Shown: piece after piece, positions 7,109 to 15,438 of the stretch
How positions within the stretch are numbered: the stretch's first letter is position 1
How the letters are laid out: every line of letters begins with the position of its first letter
DNA from: an uncultured Acidimicrobiaceae bacterium
GTDB lineage: Bacteria; Actinomycetota; Acidimicrobiia; Acidimicrobiales; RAAP-2
Reading direction: 5' to 3'
DNA: 40,617 nucleotides
Assembly: GCA_964615615.1 (NCBI GenBank)
Contig: CAZTQJ010000001.1
Location: forward strand, 1-40,617
Translations under genes and position numbers: made by a program
Notes under the pieces: model-generated
The model's input: only the letters and a program-made list of their open reading frames with translations
Database searches by the model: none
What the model was told of the DNA's origin: nothing

Positions 7109-7660
7109 CTAGATGGTAGTCGAGTTAGTGATCAGCCCGTAGTTCGCCAGAGCCGTCAGCAGGGAGGCCAGGGCGGCGTTGCCAGCTCGGGAGCCGGTGA
7201 TGGTGGGTTTAGCGATGGCCGTGATGTTGTTGAAGCCTACCCCACCGTAGAAGGTGGTGTTGCCCGTAGCATCGACGGAGATGTGGGAAGTGGTGCCATC
7301 GTTAGACAAGAAGAAATACCCAGCGGCGCTAGTCAGGTAAGAGGCTGTTGTCCCGTTATAGTTGAGGATTTTAACCGCACCATCGGAAAAGCTATTGCCT
7401 ATCGCCTTTAGCATCAGACGAGGCCCAGCGGCGGGGGTGCCAACGCCCACGTTCCCATTGAACGTCTTATCGCCATCAAACGCCTGGGCGGTAGTGGAGA
7501 CATATCCAGACACCCCAGCAGCCGCAGCCGCCATGCTGATGGCTGGCGCAGTCCCCCCAGATGACACGACAGGAGCCGTCCCGGTTACAGATGACACCGA
7601 AGCATCCGTGACCTCTGTGATGATGCCACCAGCCGAAAGGGTCAGAATCTTCTGGGTCAT
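7109..7660 (-). CDS. Tail-fiber-like protein (183 aa).
   Basis: The G/T/A/S-rich sequence shares the motif TGTAPVV..G..A..ISMAAA..GVSGY with the 633-aa fiber. It overlaps the upstream gene as ATGA. Confidence 0.6.
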   Translation of the reverse strand: MTQKILTLSAGGIITEVTDASVSSVTGTAPVVSSGGTAPAISMAAAAAGVSGYVSTTAQAFDGDKTFNGNVGVGTPAAGPRLMLKAIGNSFSDGAVKILNYNGTTASYLTSAAGYFFLSNDGTTSHISVDATGNTTFYGGVGFNNITAIAKPTITGSRAGNAALASLLTALANYGLITNSTTI

Positions 7661-9468
7661 GTCAGACCGATCTGATACTGGAAGGTGATGATGTGCGTCC
7701 CGACAGCGTTAGCCCAGACGGGGGTGAAGATGACCCCCTGTAGACCTCCGACATTCCCATAGATAACCGTCCCATTCCCAGAACTCGCAACCGTGGTAGC
7801 GTTCGACGCGGAGCAAGTTCCGAGGATGTCATTGGCCGACCCGGAACCGGGGAGGGTCGGTGATCCAATGATGTAGGAACTGTTCGCAACAGATCCAATG
7901 CCGGTCCCGCCAGTGCTGACGATCTTCACCACACCGAAGATGGTTGACCCGATTTTTGAATACCTACCAGTAACCACATTGGTCCCGCTTCCCGTGAACC
8001 CCGTGAGCGTGGGGATGAACGGGATCTCATAAGACAGGGCCACCCGTGCCGCATTGATCGAGGGATCGCTGACCTGGGAAGCGTAAGTCCCAGATGGTGC
8101 GTTCCAGTTGATCGTTCCGTAGGCCCCATTCTCAATCAGGATCGGAACGGCATAGGATGAGTCGATAACGGGAGTCCCGATATAGAACCCCTTCACGGCT
8201 GGCCCATTGAAGTGGATCACCAGCGGAGAGGTAGCGTCAGACCCAAAGTGGCAGTCCTTCACAAAGACCTGGATGTATGCACCGGACATCGCCGTTCCGT
8301 CACCAGCGGTAAGGTGGTAATAGATCGTGGGGCGGCTGGCGGCAGCAATCGAAGTCCAGTTGTTTTCAAACCAGCAGCCTTCAAATCTACAGGGTAGGAG
8401 CCTACCTGCCGCTGCTCCAATATTCACTCCTTGCTGGGCATTGGATTCAAACACAGTCTCGCGGAACAGAATGTCAGACCCATCGCTGACTTGGCACCCA
8501 AGGGTGAGAGCCGTCCTGATTGCACAACCGTAGAACCTGACCGTCGTGCATTGGTGAAGCGAGACGGGGTTGACCAGGACGTTCAGCGTATTGCCAAGGA
8601 ACCGACAGTGCTTGATGTCTGCGGTGACTAGGTTCCCAACCCGGAAGCCCACCGCACCCGTTCCAGTGAATCCTTCAACAACCACATCTTCCATATTGAC
8701 GAAGTTGGATACATCAGTGGACAACGCAGCGGCATAGCCCCAAAAGATGCCAACCGCACTAGCCGTAGCGTTGCCAGTGATCCCAATGCCGCGCATATCT
8801 CGGAAGTCGAGTGAGTTGGTGGCAGAAATCTGGAAAAGCGCAGTTACCGAAGACGAACAGGTAATGAGGGTAAGAGTCGCACCATCACCGATGATCCCGG
8901 CGCACTTGGGTTCATCAAGGTTTGCCGTGACTCGGTAGGTTCCCGCTGGCATATAGATTACCTTGCCAACCTGGGCAAATGCAAGATTTAACATTGCCGT
9001 GTCCTCTACTCCGGTGATCGTTCCGAAGTCCTTGACGCTCACGGTTCTGGCGTTGACCTCATGCTGAGTAGTCCCCACACCTCCCGTGAGCGTGGACTTA
9101 ACCCCCACCAAGAAATCCCCCAGCGCAGCCGAGGCCGTGGAGGCGAGGTCATTCCGCAACTGCGTTGCGGCGGCGTCTGGCTGAACATTGTCAATGGGGT
9201 AGGGGTAGATCGTAGCCCCGACTGAGTCCGTGAGCAGGAACTTGTAGGACGCCGTCCCCAAGTAGATCTGTGCGATGCCGTTGGCGTCGAGAATCACAGG
9301 ATTGGCGAGCGGAGTTGCCCCACCCGCATCGGAGTAAGTCGCCAGAGGAGTAGTTGTGCCTGCCGCGTAGGTATAGAGTTTTCCACCCGGGATAGGCACC
9401 ATCTGTCCAGTGGTGGAACTCTTCTGCATGGGCTGGAAAACCAGCATGGGAATGAGCGCGGCGGTCAT
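7657..9468 (-). CDS. Tailspike or tail fiber with a right-handed beta-helix (pectate-lyase-like) domain.
   Basis: The N-terminus GGKLYTYAAGTTTPLATYSD..NPVILDANG is typical of fibers. VKDFG...DTAMLNLAFAQVGKVIYMPAGTYRV is followed by repetitive beta-helix-like sequence. Confidence 0.75.
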   Translation of the reverse strand: MTAALIPMLVFQPMQKSSTTGQMVPIPGGKLYTYAAGTTTPLATYSDAGGATPLANPVILDANGIAQIYLGTASYKFLLTDSVGATIYPYPIDNVQPDAAATQLRNDLASTASAALGDFLVGVKSTLTGGVGTTQHEVNARTVSVKDFGTITGVEDTAMLNLAFAQVGKVIYMPAGTYRVTANLDEPKCAGIIGDGATLTLITCSSSVTALFQISATNSLDFRDMRGIGITGNATASAVGIFWGYAAALSTDVSNFVNMEDVVVEGFTGTGAVGFRVGNLVTADIKHCRFLGNTLNVLVNPVSLHQCTTVRFYGCAIRTALTLGCQVSDGSDILFRETVFESNAQQGVNIGAAAGRLLPCRFEGCWFENNWTSIAAASRPTIYYHLTAGDGTAMSGAYIQVFVKDCHFGSDATSPLVIHFNGPAVKGFYIGTPVIDSSYAVPILIENGAYGTINWNAPSGTYASQVSDPSINAARVALSYEIPFIPTLTGFTGSGTNVVTGRYSKIGSTIFGVVKIVSTGGTGIGSVANSSYIIGSPTLPGSGSANDILGTCSASNATTVASSGNGTVIYGNVGGLQGVIFTPVWANAVGTHIITFQYQIGLT

Positions 9469-12071
9469 TGTTTCTCCTCGGGGAATGCTTCGGGTGCGAC
9501 GACCTTACCAACTTCAACAGCTTTCGTAGACAGAGCCTTGTCCATTCGCTCTATGAGAGTAGCGAACTGGGGGGAGCCAGCCTTAAGATCAGAGGCCTGG
9601 AGAAGCAGTTGCTTCCCAGCTTTCGTAGTGAGAAGCCACTTCATCGCGGCGGCGGGGGCAGAGACCCAAGCCGTCGTCCTCGTCAATTCGTGGCCTGCCT
9701 TAGAGACCTGCCCAGCAGTCCTCATGTGGTGCATGACCTCCACCAAGCCCTCCAGCCCATCCAGAGCCCACTTGTCTTCCCCACCCTTGGGCGCAGTCAG
9801 CCCTAAGAACTCCATGAACTTAGGATCCTTCATCTTCTTGGCGAACTCGATGGGCATGAACTGGTGGTCAGGGTTAGGGTTCGTTCGGTCAGTAGCGAAC
9901 TCTACGGCTCGCTGAATCTTGAGCAGGCGAGCCGCCGCCTTCCCCTTCTCACCAAGTTCGGGGACAATCTGCGCCAGTTGGTCCTCAGTCATATTCATCA
10001 TACGATTGGCGGCGACATCCGGCGTCTCAGAGCCTAACAGATTGATGAGAGCTCTTTTCTTGTAGGGGACAATGGTCTCGGTGTAGTTGGCCCGAGCCTC
10101 TTTGAGCTTCGTCAGTGTGCCAGGGCTGAGTTCAGCGACATTCAACTGTGCTTGATCGGTGGCATTCCGCAATCTCTGCAGAGCATTGGTTGCCATGTTA
10201 CCCGTGAGCTCGTCCTCGCCCTTTAGAGCCGCAATCCGTTTATCCTGGATGCCCTTGCGGTATCGCTCTAGTCCCGTGACGGTGGGCTCGAATCCACTCT
10301 TTGCGGCGAGGGCTTCCTCAGCCGCAGTTGCCGCCTTCGCCGTCTCGTTAGTGAATTCTTTGGTCTCAGGGTTAAAAGAGATCGTAGGTTTAGTCCCAGC
10401 AGGAGGGGCTTCAGGAATGGGGCCAGCCGCAGTGACATCCCGCTTGACCTCCTTTAGATAGGCCACCAACTTCTTATCAGCCTGTGCGCCGAGTTTCGCC
10501 TGCTCCGCCAACAAAGCATCAGCTTCATCAATCAGCGGCTTCAGGTGCTCAGGGCCGCCGACTGCGCCAGTGTCAGAGGCGATGGCGGCTCCATACTTCT
10601 TATTAGAGACCTGCTGGGCCTGCCATCGGTTGATGTTCCCATTGACAGCGATGATCTTAGGCAAGTCATTCCCAGCATCATTAGCGAGTTTGAGCAACTT
10701 TCCCGCCTGTGACGCTGGGCCTTCAGCCTCTGCCGCCGCAGTCAGGGCTTCGATGTTATCGTAGCCAAGTGCCTTCACCTTCACCATGAGTTGCTTCTGG
10801 AAGTTCCGGACTGCACGAGTGGCCTGGACTTGCTCCGCGACATTCTTAGGCCCAAGGCTGGCGACAGGGGAGGCGGTGGAGTGCTCAGCCAGCGAAACAA
10901 TCTTAGAAGAGGGGTCATCCACCAAATCTGAGGCCAGAGGATCGATGCCATGAGTCTTAAATGCCTCGTTCAACTGTCCAGCCCTGCCAGGAAGAGGAGC
11001 GAGGTCTTTCTGAAAGAATGACTTACCGAAGTTGAATAAGGCGGCGATGCCAGGATAAAGCCCAGCCTGAAGGCCAGTCTCGATCAAGGGCTGGGCGATG
11101 CCAGCCGCCAACCCTGCCTGAGTTCGGTCAGCAACAGAGCCAGGAGTCGTAGCGGCAACCACACCCGAGGAGCGGACAGACTCAGGAAGCGACGCACGAT
11201 AGATATCCTTAGCCGTATTCCAAAGAGAAGGTGTTTCCCGGCCTGCTTTCGTAGCCGCTTCTTCGAGAGCAATCTGGCGACCCTGCCCAGCAAGAGTCGC
11301 AGCTGTCTGTTCCGTAGCTGTAGTGACATTCGGCCCACGACCGAGGGCGAAGCCGCCAGCCATGTGGAGGGGATCGATCCCACCCTCAAGAGCCGCACGA
11401 CTCTGAGACTGATTCTGTGCCACCTGGAGGAGTTTGGACTGCGCGTTGCTCCAGAGTTCAGCAGCAGGGCTCCCCATCCAGGATAGTGGCTTCATAGCAA
11501 GACTAGTGATATCCTGTGCGCTTTTCTTCGCGCCCAGCATGATGCTACGAGCCGGGGCAACGATGTCGCGAATAGTAGCGTTCTCAGCCGGGGCTTCCAT
11601 CTTCAGAAGATTCTGCATATCGCCGGGCTTATAGGTTCCAGCCGTCGACATCTGCAGATACTGCTCAGGGGTCATGCCCAGCAGTTGTGTCGCGATTTGA
11701 GCATCGCCCATCTCCTTGGGATCGTTGGTAGGTTTCCAATCCTTAGGAGCATCGGGGCCAGACTTCCACCCACCCCAGAGATCAGGAGTCTTCCACCCCG
11801 GCTTTCCGTGGGTATTCTTTTCGCCAGGGGCGACTTTGGTTTCGTCCAGCCAGACATAGCCATCAGGCCGAATGACAGTGGAGATTCCGTTGGGGAGTTT
11901 CACAGGCTTCACGGCATCTTGCCAAGTGGGGTTGTCTAACTTCGCACCGGGAGGCAGGGGAGGAAGCGCAGAAGTGCCATCGAGCTTCGCACCCATAGGA
12001 AGAGGAGGAAGGCCAGCGGCCTCATCTAACACCGCACCGGGAGGCAGGGGAGGAAGCGCGAGGTCTGCCAT
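9465..12071 (-). CDS. Large internal virion or ejection protein (868 aa, P22 gp16-position analogue).
   Basis: TAATG couples it to the upstream gene at 12071. The call rests on size and position in the virion module, plus an N-terminal proline-rich triple repeat. Confidence 0.65.
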   Translation of the reverse strand: MADLALPPLPPGAVLDEAAGLPPLPMGAKLDGTSALPPLPPGAKLDNPTWQDAVKPVKLPNGISTVIRPDGYVWLDETKVAPGEKNTHGKPGWKTPDLWGGWKSGPDAPKDWKPTNDPKEMGDAQIATQLLGMTPEQYLQMSTAGTYKPGDMQNLLKMEAPAENATIRDIVAPARSIMLGAKKSAQDITSLAMKPLSWMGSPAAELWSNAQSKLLQVAQNQSQSRAALEGGIDPLHMAGGFALGRGPNVTTATEQTAATLAGQGRQIALEEAATKAGRETPSLWNTAKDIYRASLPESVRSSGVVAATTPGSVADRTQAGLAAGIAQPLIETGLQAGLYPGIAALFNFGKSFFQKDLAPLPGRAGQLNEAFKTHGIDPLASDLVDDPSSKIVSLAEHSTASPVASLGPKNVAEQVQATRAVRNFQKQLMVKVKALGYDNIEALTAAAEAEGPASQAGKLLKLANDAGNDLPKIIAVNGNINRWQAQQVSNKKYGAAIASDTGAVGGPEHLKPLIDEADALLAEQAKLGAQADKKLVAYLKEVKRDVTAAGPIPEAPPAGTKPTISFNPETKEFTNETAKAATAAEEALAAKSGFEPTVTGLERYRKGIQDKRIAALKGEDELTGNMATNALQRLRNATDQAQLNVAELSPGTLTKLKEARANYTETIVPYKKRALINLLGSETPDVAANRMMNMTEDQLAQIVPELGEKGKAAARLLKIQRAVEFATDRTNPNPDHQFMPIEFAKKMKDPKFMEFLGLTAPKGGEDKWALDGLEGLVEVMHHMRTAGQVSKAGHELTRTTAWVSAPAAAMKWLLTTKAGKQLLLQASDLKAGSPQFATLIERMDKALSTKAVEVGKVVAPEAFPEEKQ
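11945..12059. repeat. Direct repeats inside the CDS: a 26-nt exact copy at 11945-11970 and 12034-12059, with a degenerate middle copy.
   Basis: GCACCGGGAGGCAGGGGAGGAAGCGC occurs twice. The repeats encode three copies of (A/G)LPPLP(P/M)GA(K/V)LD. Confidence 0.9.
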
Positions 12072-13615
12072 TACTTCACCGGTTCCCAAGATTTGCCGTC
12101 TGCAGACAGTTGGACTTGGCTACCGTCCGCAAGGGTAGCCGTTTTGACCGCCGTGGTGACCGGGGGAGGTATCGTGGGCGCGTTTGAACTAACTTTGCTG
12201 CCCACCGGTGGCAGCGTAATCCCGTATTTCGCCATGAGTGTCCTAGCTTCTGGATCCAGCCGCTCAGCAATCGATCCTCCGCGATTATACTTCGCGTAGT
12301 TCGTCTGCATGGAAATCAAGCGGTCGCCCATCAAGTGAGCCATCGTGTTAATGAACCCCTGCATCTGGGCAGGGGAGCTGACATTGGAGTTCGCAGCCAG
12401 AAGTCGCTCTTCTTCCTTCTCACCGATGACACCGGCAGTCTTCGCAGCCTTGAGCACTTCAGGCACGATCAGGGCAGACGCACCCGCATAATTCGTGGGG
12501 GCAGCCTTGCCCGTTTCTTTAGCGATCAGCTGCTTGAAGCGGTTGGCGGCAATCGTATCATTATTCTGAAGAGCGGTGCCCAGACCTTCCAGGTAGCTAA
12601 GATGGCGAGTGGCGGTCGCAGATGCAGTGATCGTCTTGCCAGAACCACCAGCAGGGCCGTAGTCCTTCCGGCCAGCTACGACATCCGCCACATCAGCTCG
12701 GCCAGGAAGCCCTTCCGGATGACCATACTCAGTCTTCGCAAGATATGCGGCGGCGGCATTCACTTTATCAGCATCAGGGGTGCGAGTGGACTTCGTAGCA
12801 GGTAGGTCTTCCCACGCCGCTATGTTGCGCGCCCGAGCGAGCTGACCCTGGTCCAGCCCCGCAAGAATCTGCTGGTCCGTCTGCCCAGGCTGGATGCCCT
12901 GCTGTTGAAAAATGAAAGCGGCATTCGGCTTTTTGGCCTGAATCTCCGCGATACGGTTTCGCTCACGACCAAGTTCGCCAGTCAAGGCAAGCTGGGCGGC
13001 TTGATGGGCCTGAAGCTGGGCCTGGGCCGTCATCACATTCCGCTCTTTGGTGGAAAGTGTGTGCTGGAACATGCTCTCGACAATCTGATCTCCGGGATAC
13101 TGGGGGTACTTCTCCGCCACAGCCTTCGCCTTATTCGGGTCAATAGCCGCGAGATCAGCCAAAGCACGAGGCCAATCAGCGGCCTTCTGCTCAGGAGGAA
13201 GAGCCTGGATGCCGCCAATCACACGGTTCGCCGCATCATTGTGGGCATCTTCGACTTTAAGTTGCGCCAGAGTTGCTTCACGCTCAGCCGTAGTCTGGGC
13301 AGTGATAGCCTGCTGTGCTTCGTGAGCGGCCTTGATTGCATTAGGGGTGCCGAGGGCGCGATATGCCGCCACGAATTCGGCAGGGAAAGGGGCTCGGCCA
13401 TTAGCATTGGCATTGGCGGCGACTTCCTGGGCCGCTTTCTGCATGGCCTGGGCCTCGACCTGAGTCTGTGCCAGACCGAGTTGCTGAGTTTCCAGCATCC
13501 CAGTCTGCGCCTTCATCTGGCGCATCTGCTGGTTCTGGAGGTCCATCTCCTGAGGAGTCTTAATGGGGGTGACCCCATGCCCTAACATCTGGTAGATACT
13601 GGTATCAACAGGCAT
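12071..13615 (-). CDS. Internal virion or ejection protein (514 aa, P22 gp20-position analogue).
   Basis: The protein is Q/A-rich and coiled-coil-like. The call rests on synteny and size only. Confidence 0.55.
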   Translation of the reverse strand: MPVDTSIYQMLGHGVTPIKTPQEMDLQNQQMRQMKAQTGMLETQQLGLAQTQVEAQAMQKAAQEVAANANANGRAPFPAEFVAAYRALGTPNAIKAAHEAQQAITAQTTAEREATLAQLKVEDAHNDAANRVIGGIQALPPEQKAADWPRALADLAAIDPNKAKAVAEKYPQYPGDQIVESMFQHTLSTKERNVMTAQAQLQAHQAAQLALTGELGRERNRIAEIQAKKPNAAFIFQQQGIQPGQTDQQILAGLDQGQLARARNIAAWEDLPATKSTRTPDADKVNAAAAYLAKTEYGHPEGLPGRADVADVVAGRKDYGPAGGSGKTITASATATRHLSYLEGLGTALQNNDTIAANRFKQLIAKETGKAAPTNYAGASALIVPEVLKAAKTAGVIGEKEEERLLAANSNVSSPAQMQGFINTMAHLMGDRLISMQTNYAKYNRGGSIAERLDPEARTLMAKYGITLPPVGSKVSSNAPTIPPPVTTAVKTATLADGSQVQLSADGKSWEPVK

Positions 13616-13618
13616 CGG

Positions 13619-14281
13619 TTATCCCTTCTTGTTGGTCCAGCCGTAGGTCCACGCATTGACCCCGGTGTTCAGAGAGTTGGAAATCGCATTGGCAGAGGCG
13701 ATCTGTGCCGCACCGGAGGCGTTCGCCGCTCCCATGAGGTTGTTGGAGAAGGTGTTCGTGTAGTTCTGGCTCGCCTGCTGATTGGCGGCGTTCGCCTGCT
13801 GACCTAGGCCAGCGATGGAGGACAACCGGCCGAACTGCTGATTGTTCTCTTGGTTCCACCGGCTGAAGGAGTTGTTGTATTCCTGTGAGGCGAAGTCCTG
13901 GTTGTAGCGGCTGAGTGCCTTCAGCGTCCCGCCACCAAGAACTCCTCCGCGAGCCGCCGCAGATCGCTCAATAGCCTTCGCACCTTCTGACATACGGAAG
14001 TCATAGCCAGGGTCCTTGATGAAGTCAGCCATCGTGAACCGACGGTTGAGGTCGCCGCCTGCGGCAGTCAACGATCCCAACTGGCCGAGAGCCGTTGCTC
14101 CAGCCAATCGCCAGGGCTCCTGATCAGCACGAGTCTGGTCAAACTGTGAAGTGGCGAGTGCGTTGGAGGCAGATGCCGCCGTAGACTGACCAGCCGCCGC
14201 AGATCGTGCCGCACTTGAAGAAATCAGCGCACTACCGACTGTGCCGACTACGACGGCCCCAGCAACCCATCCACTCATCAT
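13619..14281 (-). CDS. Internal virion protein (220 aa, P22 gp7-position analogue) with an N-terminal hydrophobic helix.
   Basis: It has the N-terminus MMSGWVAGAVVVGTVGSALI and a Q/N/A-rich remainder. The call rests on synteny and size. Confidence 0.55.
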   Translation of the reverse strand: MMSGWVAGAVVVGTVGSALISSSAARSAAAGQSTAASASNALATSQFDQTRADQEPWRLAGATALGQLGSLTAAGGDLNRRFTMADFIKDPGYDFRMSEGAKAIERSAAARGGVLGGGTLKALSRYNQDFASQEYNNSFSRWNQENNQQFGRLSSIAGLGQQANAANQQASQNYTNTFSNNLMGAANASGAAQIASANAISNSLNTGVNAWTYGWTNKKG

Positions 14282-15081
14282 TGACCCCCGTAGATTCGTG
14301 CTTCAAGTTTGGCGATGTCGCGCTCATTGTCAGGATTCGGATGAACGGTGTGGGCGAGAACATCATCGGCCGCAAAGATCACACGCTTAGTTCCAGGCTT
14401 GGTGAGCACGAAGGTGGGAGGGACGATGCCAGCCGCCCCTTCCTCGGTGATAATGACAAGACGGCCCTGGAGCATAGTAAGTATACACTCTTCGCGGTAT
14501 TCAGGCGTGGTAAATAACGTCCCTTTTTGTATTTTTGCGACACGAATGTAAAGACCGTCAGTGAATAGGTGCTCGAGGCCGTGATCAGCCTGGGGCATCA
14601 GAAGGAGCTCACGCTCCACTAGGTCAATAGCAGTCCGGAGCTCTTCGCAAGAGCCCCCATTGTCAACGAGCGAAATGAGGGAGCAGAAGGAGTTCTGAAC
14701 ACCGATGGAGGCCAGCACCTGATACTCAGCCCGACGAGCCTCGTTGACAGCACACCGATAATCGATGGTGATTTCCTCGTCAGCCTGGATGGGGCGCAGA
14801 GTTCTCATATAACCGCCGCCATCTGGGAGTGCTACCGTTTCAGCATTTGGCTCGTCGGAGTGGTTGGTCTTGTAGCCCAGCGGAGTTCGGTTGAGGCCGA
14901 GGCGCACCGCACCCACAACCTCATTCGCCGCATAGTCCTCGATGGCGAACACGCCCTCGCCATGGATCGGGGACTTGGCGACGATGAACTTGTAGTAGTC
15001 ATCGGGCATGGGGACGCAGTCTGCTCGTTCAGCAGAGTGAGCGGCCACGAGGTCGGCCGACATCCCGATGTCTACGAGCAT
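14278..15081 (-). CDS. SET-domain (lysine methyltransferase-like) protein fused to a C-terminal cupin-like beta-barrel region.
   Basis: Motifs SPIHGEGVFAIEDY, TNHSDEPNAE and ADEEITIDYR are present. The ATG at 15081 lies 12 nt after the upstream stop, and the longer ORF to 15201 overlaps the upstream gene. The C-terminal half (HLFTDGLYIRV..GTLF..H..ECILTMLQGRLVI) looks cupin-like. Confidence 0.7.
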   Translation of the reverse strand: MLVDIGMSADLVAAHSAERADCVPMPDDYYKFIVAKSPIHGEGVFAIEDYAANEVVGAVRLGLNRTPLGYKTNHSDEPNAETVALPDGGGYMRTLRPIQADEEITIDYRCAVNEARRAEYQVLASIGVQNSFCSLISLVDNGGSCEELRTAIDLVERELLLMPQADHGLEHLFTDGLYIRVAKIQKGTLFTTPEYREECILTMLQGRLVIITEEGAAGIVPPTFVLTKPGTKRVIFAADDVLAHTVHPNPDNERDIAKLEARIYGGQ

Positions 15082-15092
15082 ACTGTCAAAAC

Positions 15093-15428
15093 TCACACGA
15101 CCTCCGCAATCGCACCCTGGATGCTGATGGAAGTAGCGGCACTCGCCAGAGCCTGGAGCAAGCCCCCAGCCTGAAGCACCTGACCCTGAGCCTCGAAGCA
15201 CTCGTAGGTCTCGCCTGCACCGATGGAGCGAGCAGAGACCAGGGTGTTCGTGGCCGAGGCCGTTCCCGCAGAAGGCACGAGGTAGACGGTGACGGTCAAG
15301 GCCCCGGCAGTCGTGTTCGTGAAGGTAAGCTTCTTGATCAGCGAACGAGTGTTCGCCGGAGCCGTGTAGTAGGTCGTCGCAGTTGCGGCAACCTGGGCAG
15401 CAGTGATGGTCTTAGGGGTGACGCTCAT
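15093..15428 (-). CDS. Hypothetical virion-module protein (111 aa).
   Basis: AGGAG lies 7 nt before the ATG. The protein is T/A-rich and beta-like. Confidence 0.6.
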   Translation of the reverse strand: MSVTPKTITAAQVAATATTYYTAPANTRSLIKKLTFTNTTAGALTVTVYLVPSAGTASATNTLVSARSIGAGETYECFEAQGQVLQAGGLLQALASAATSISIQGAIAEVV

Positions 15429-15438
15429 GGGAGGGCTC

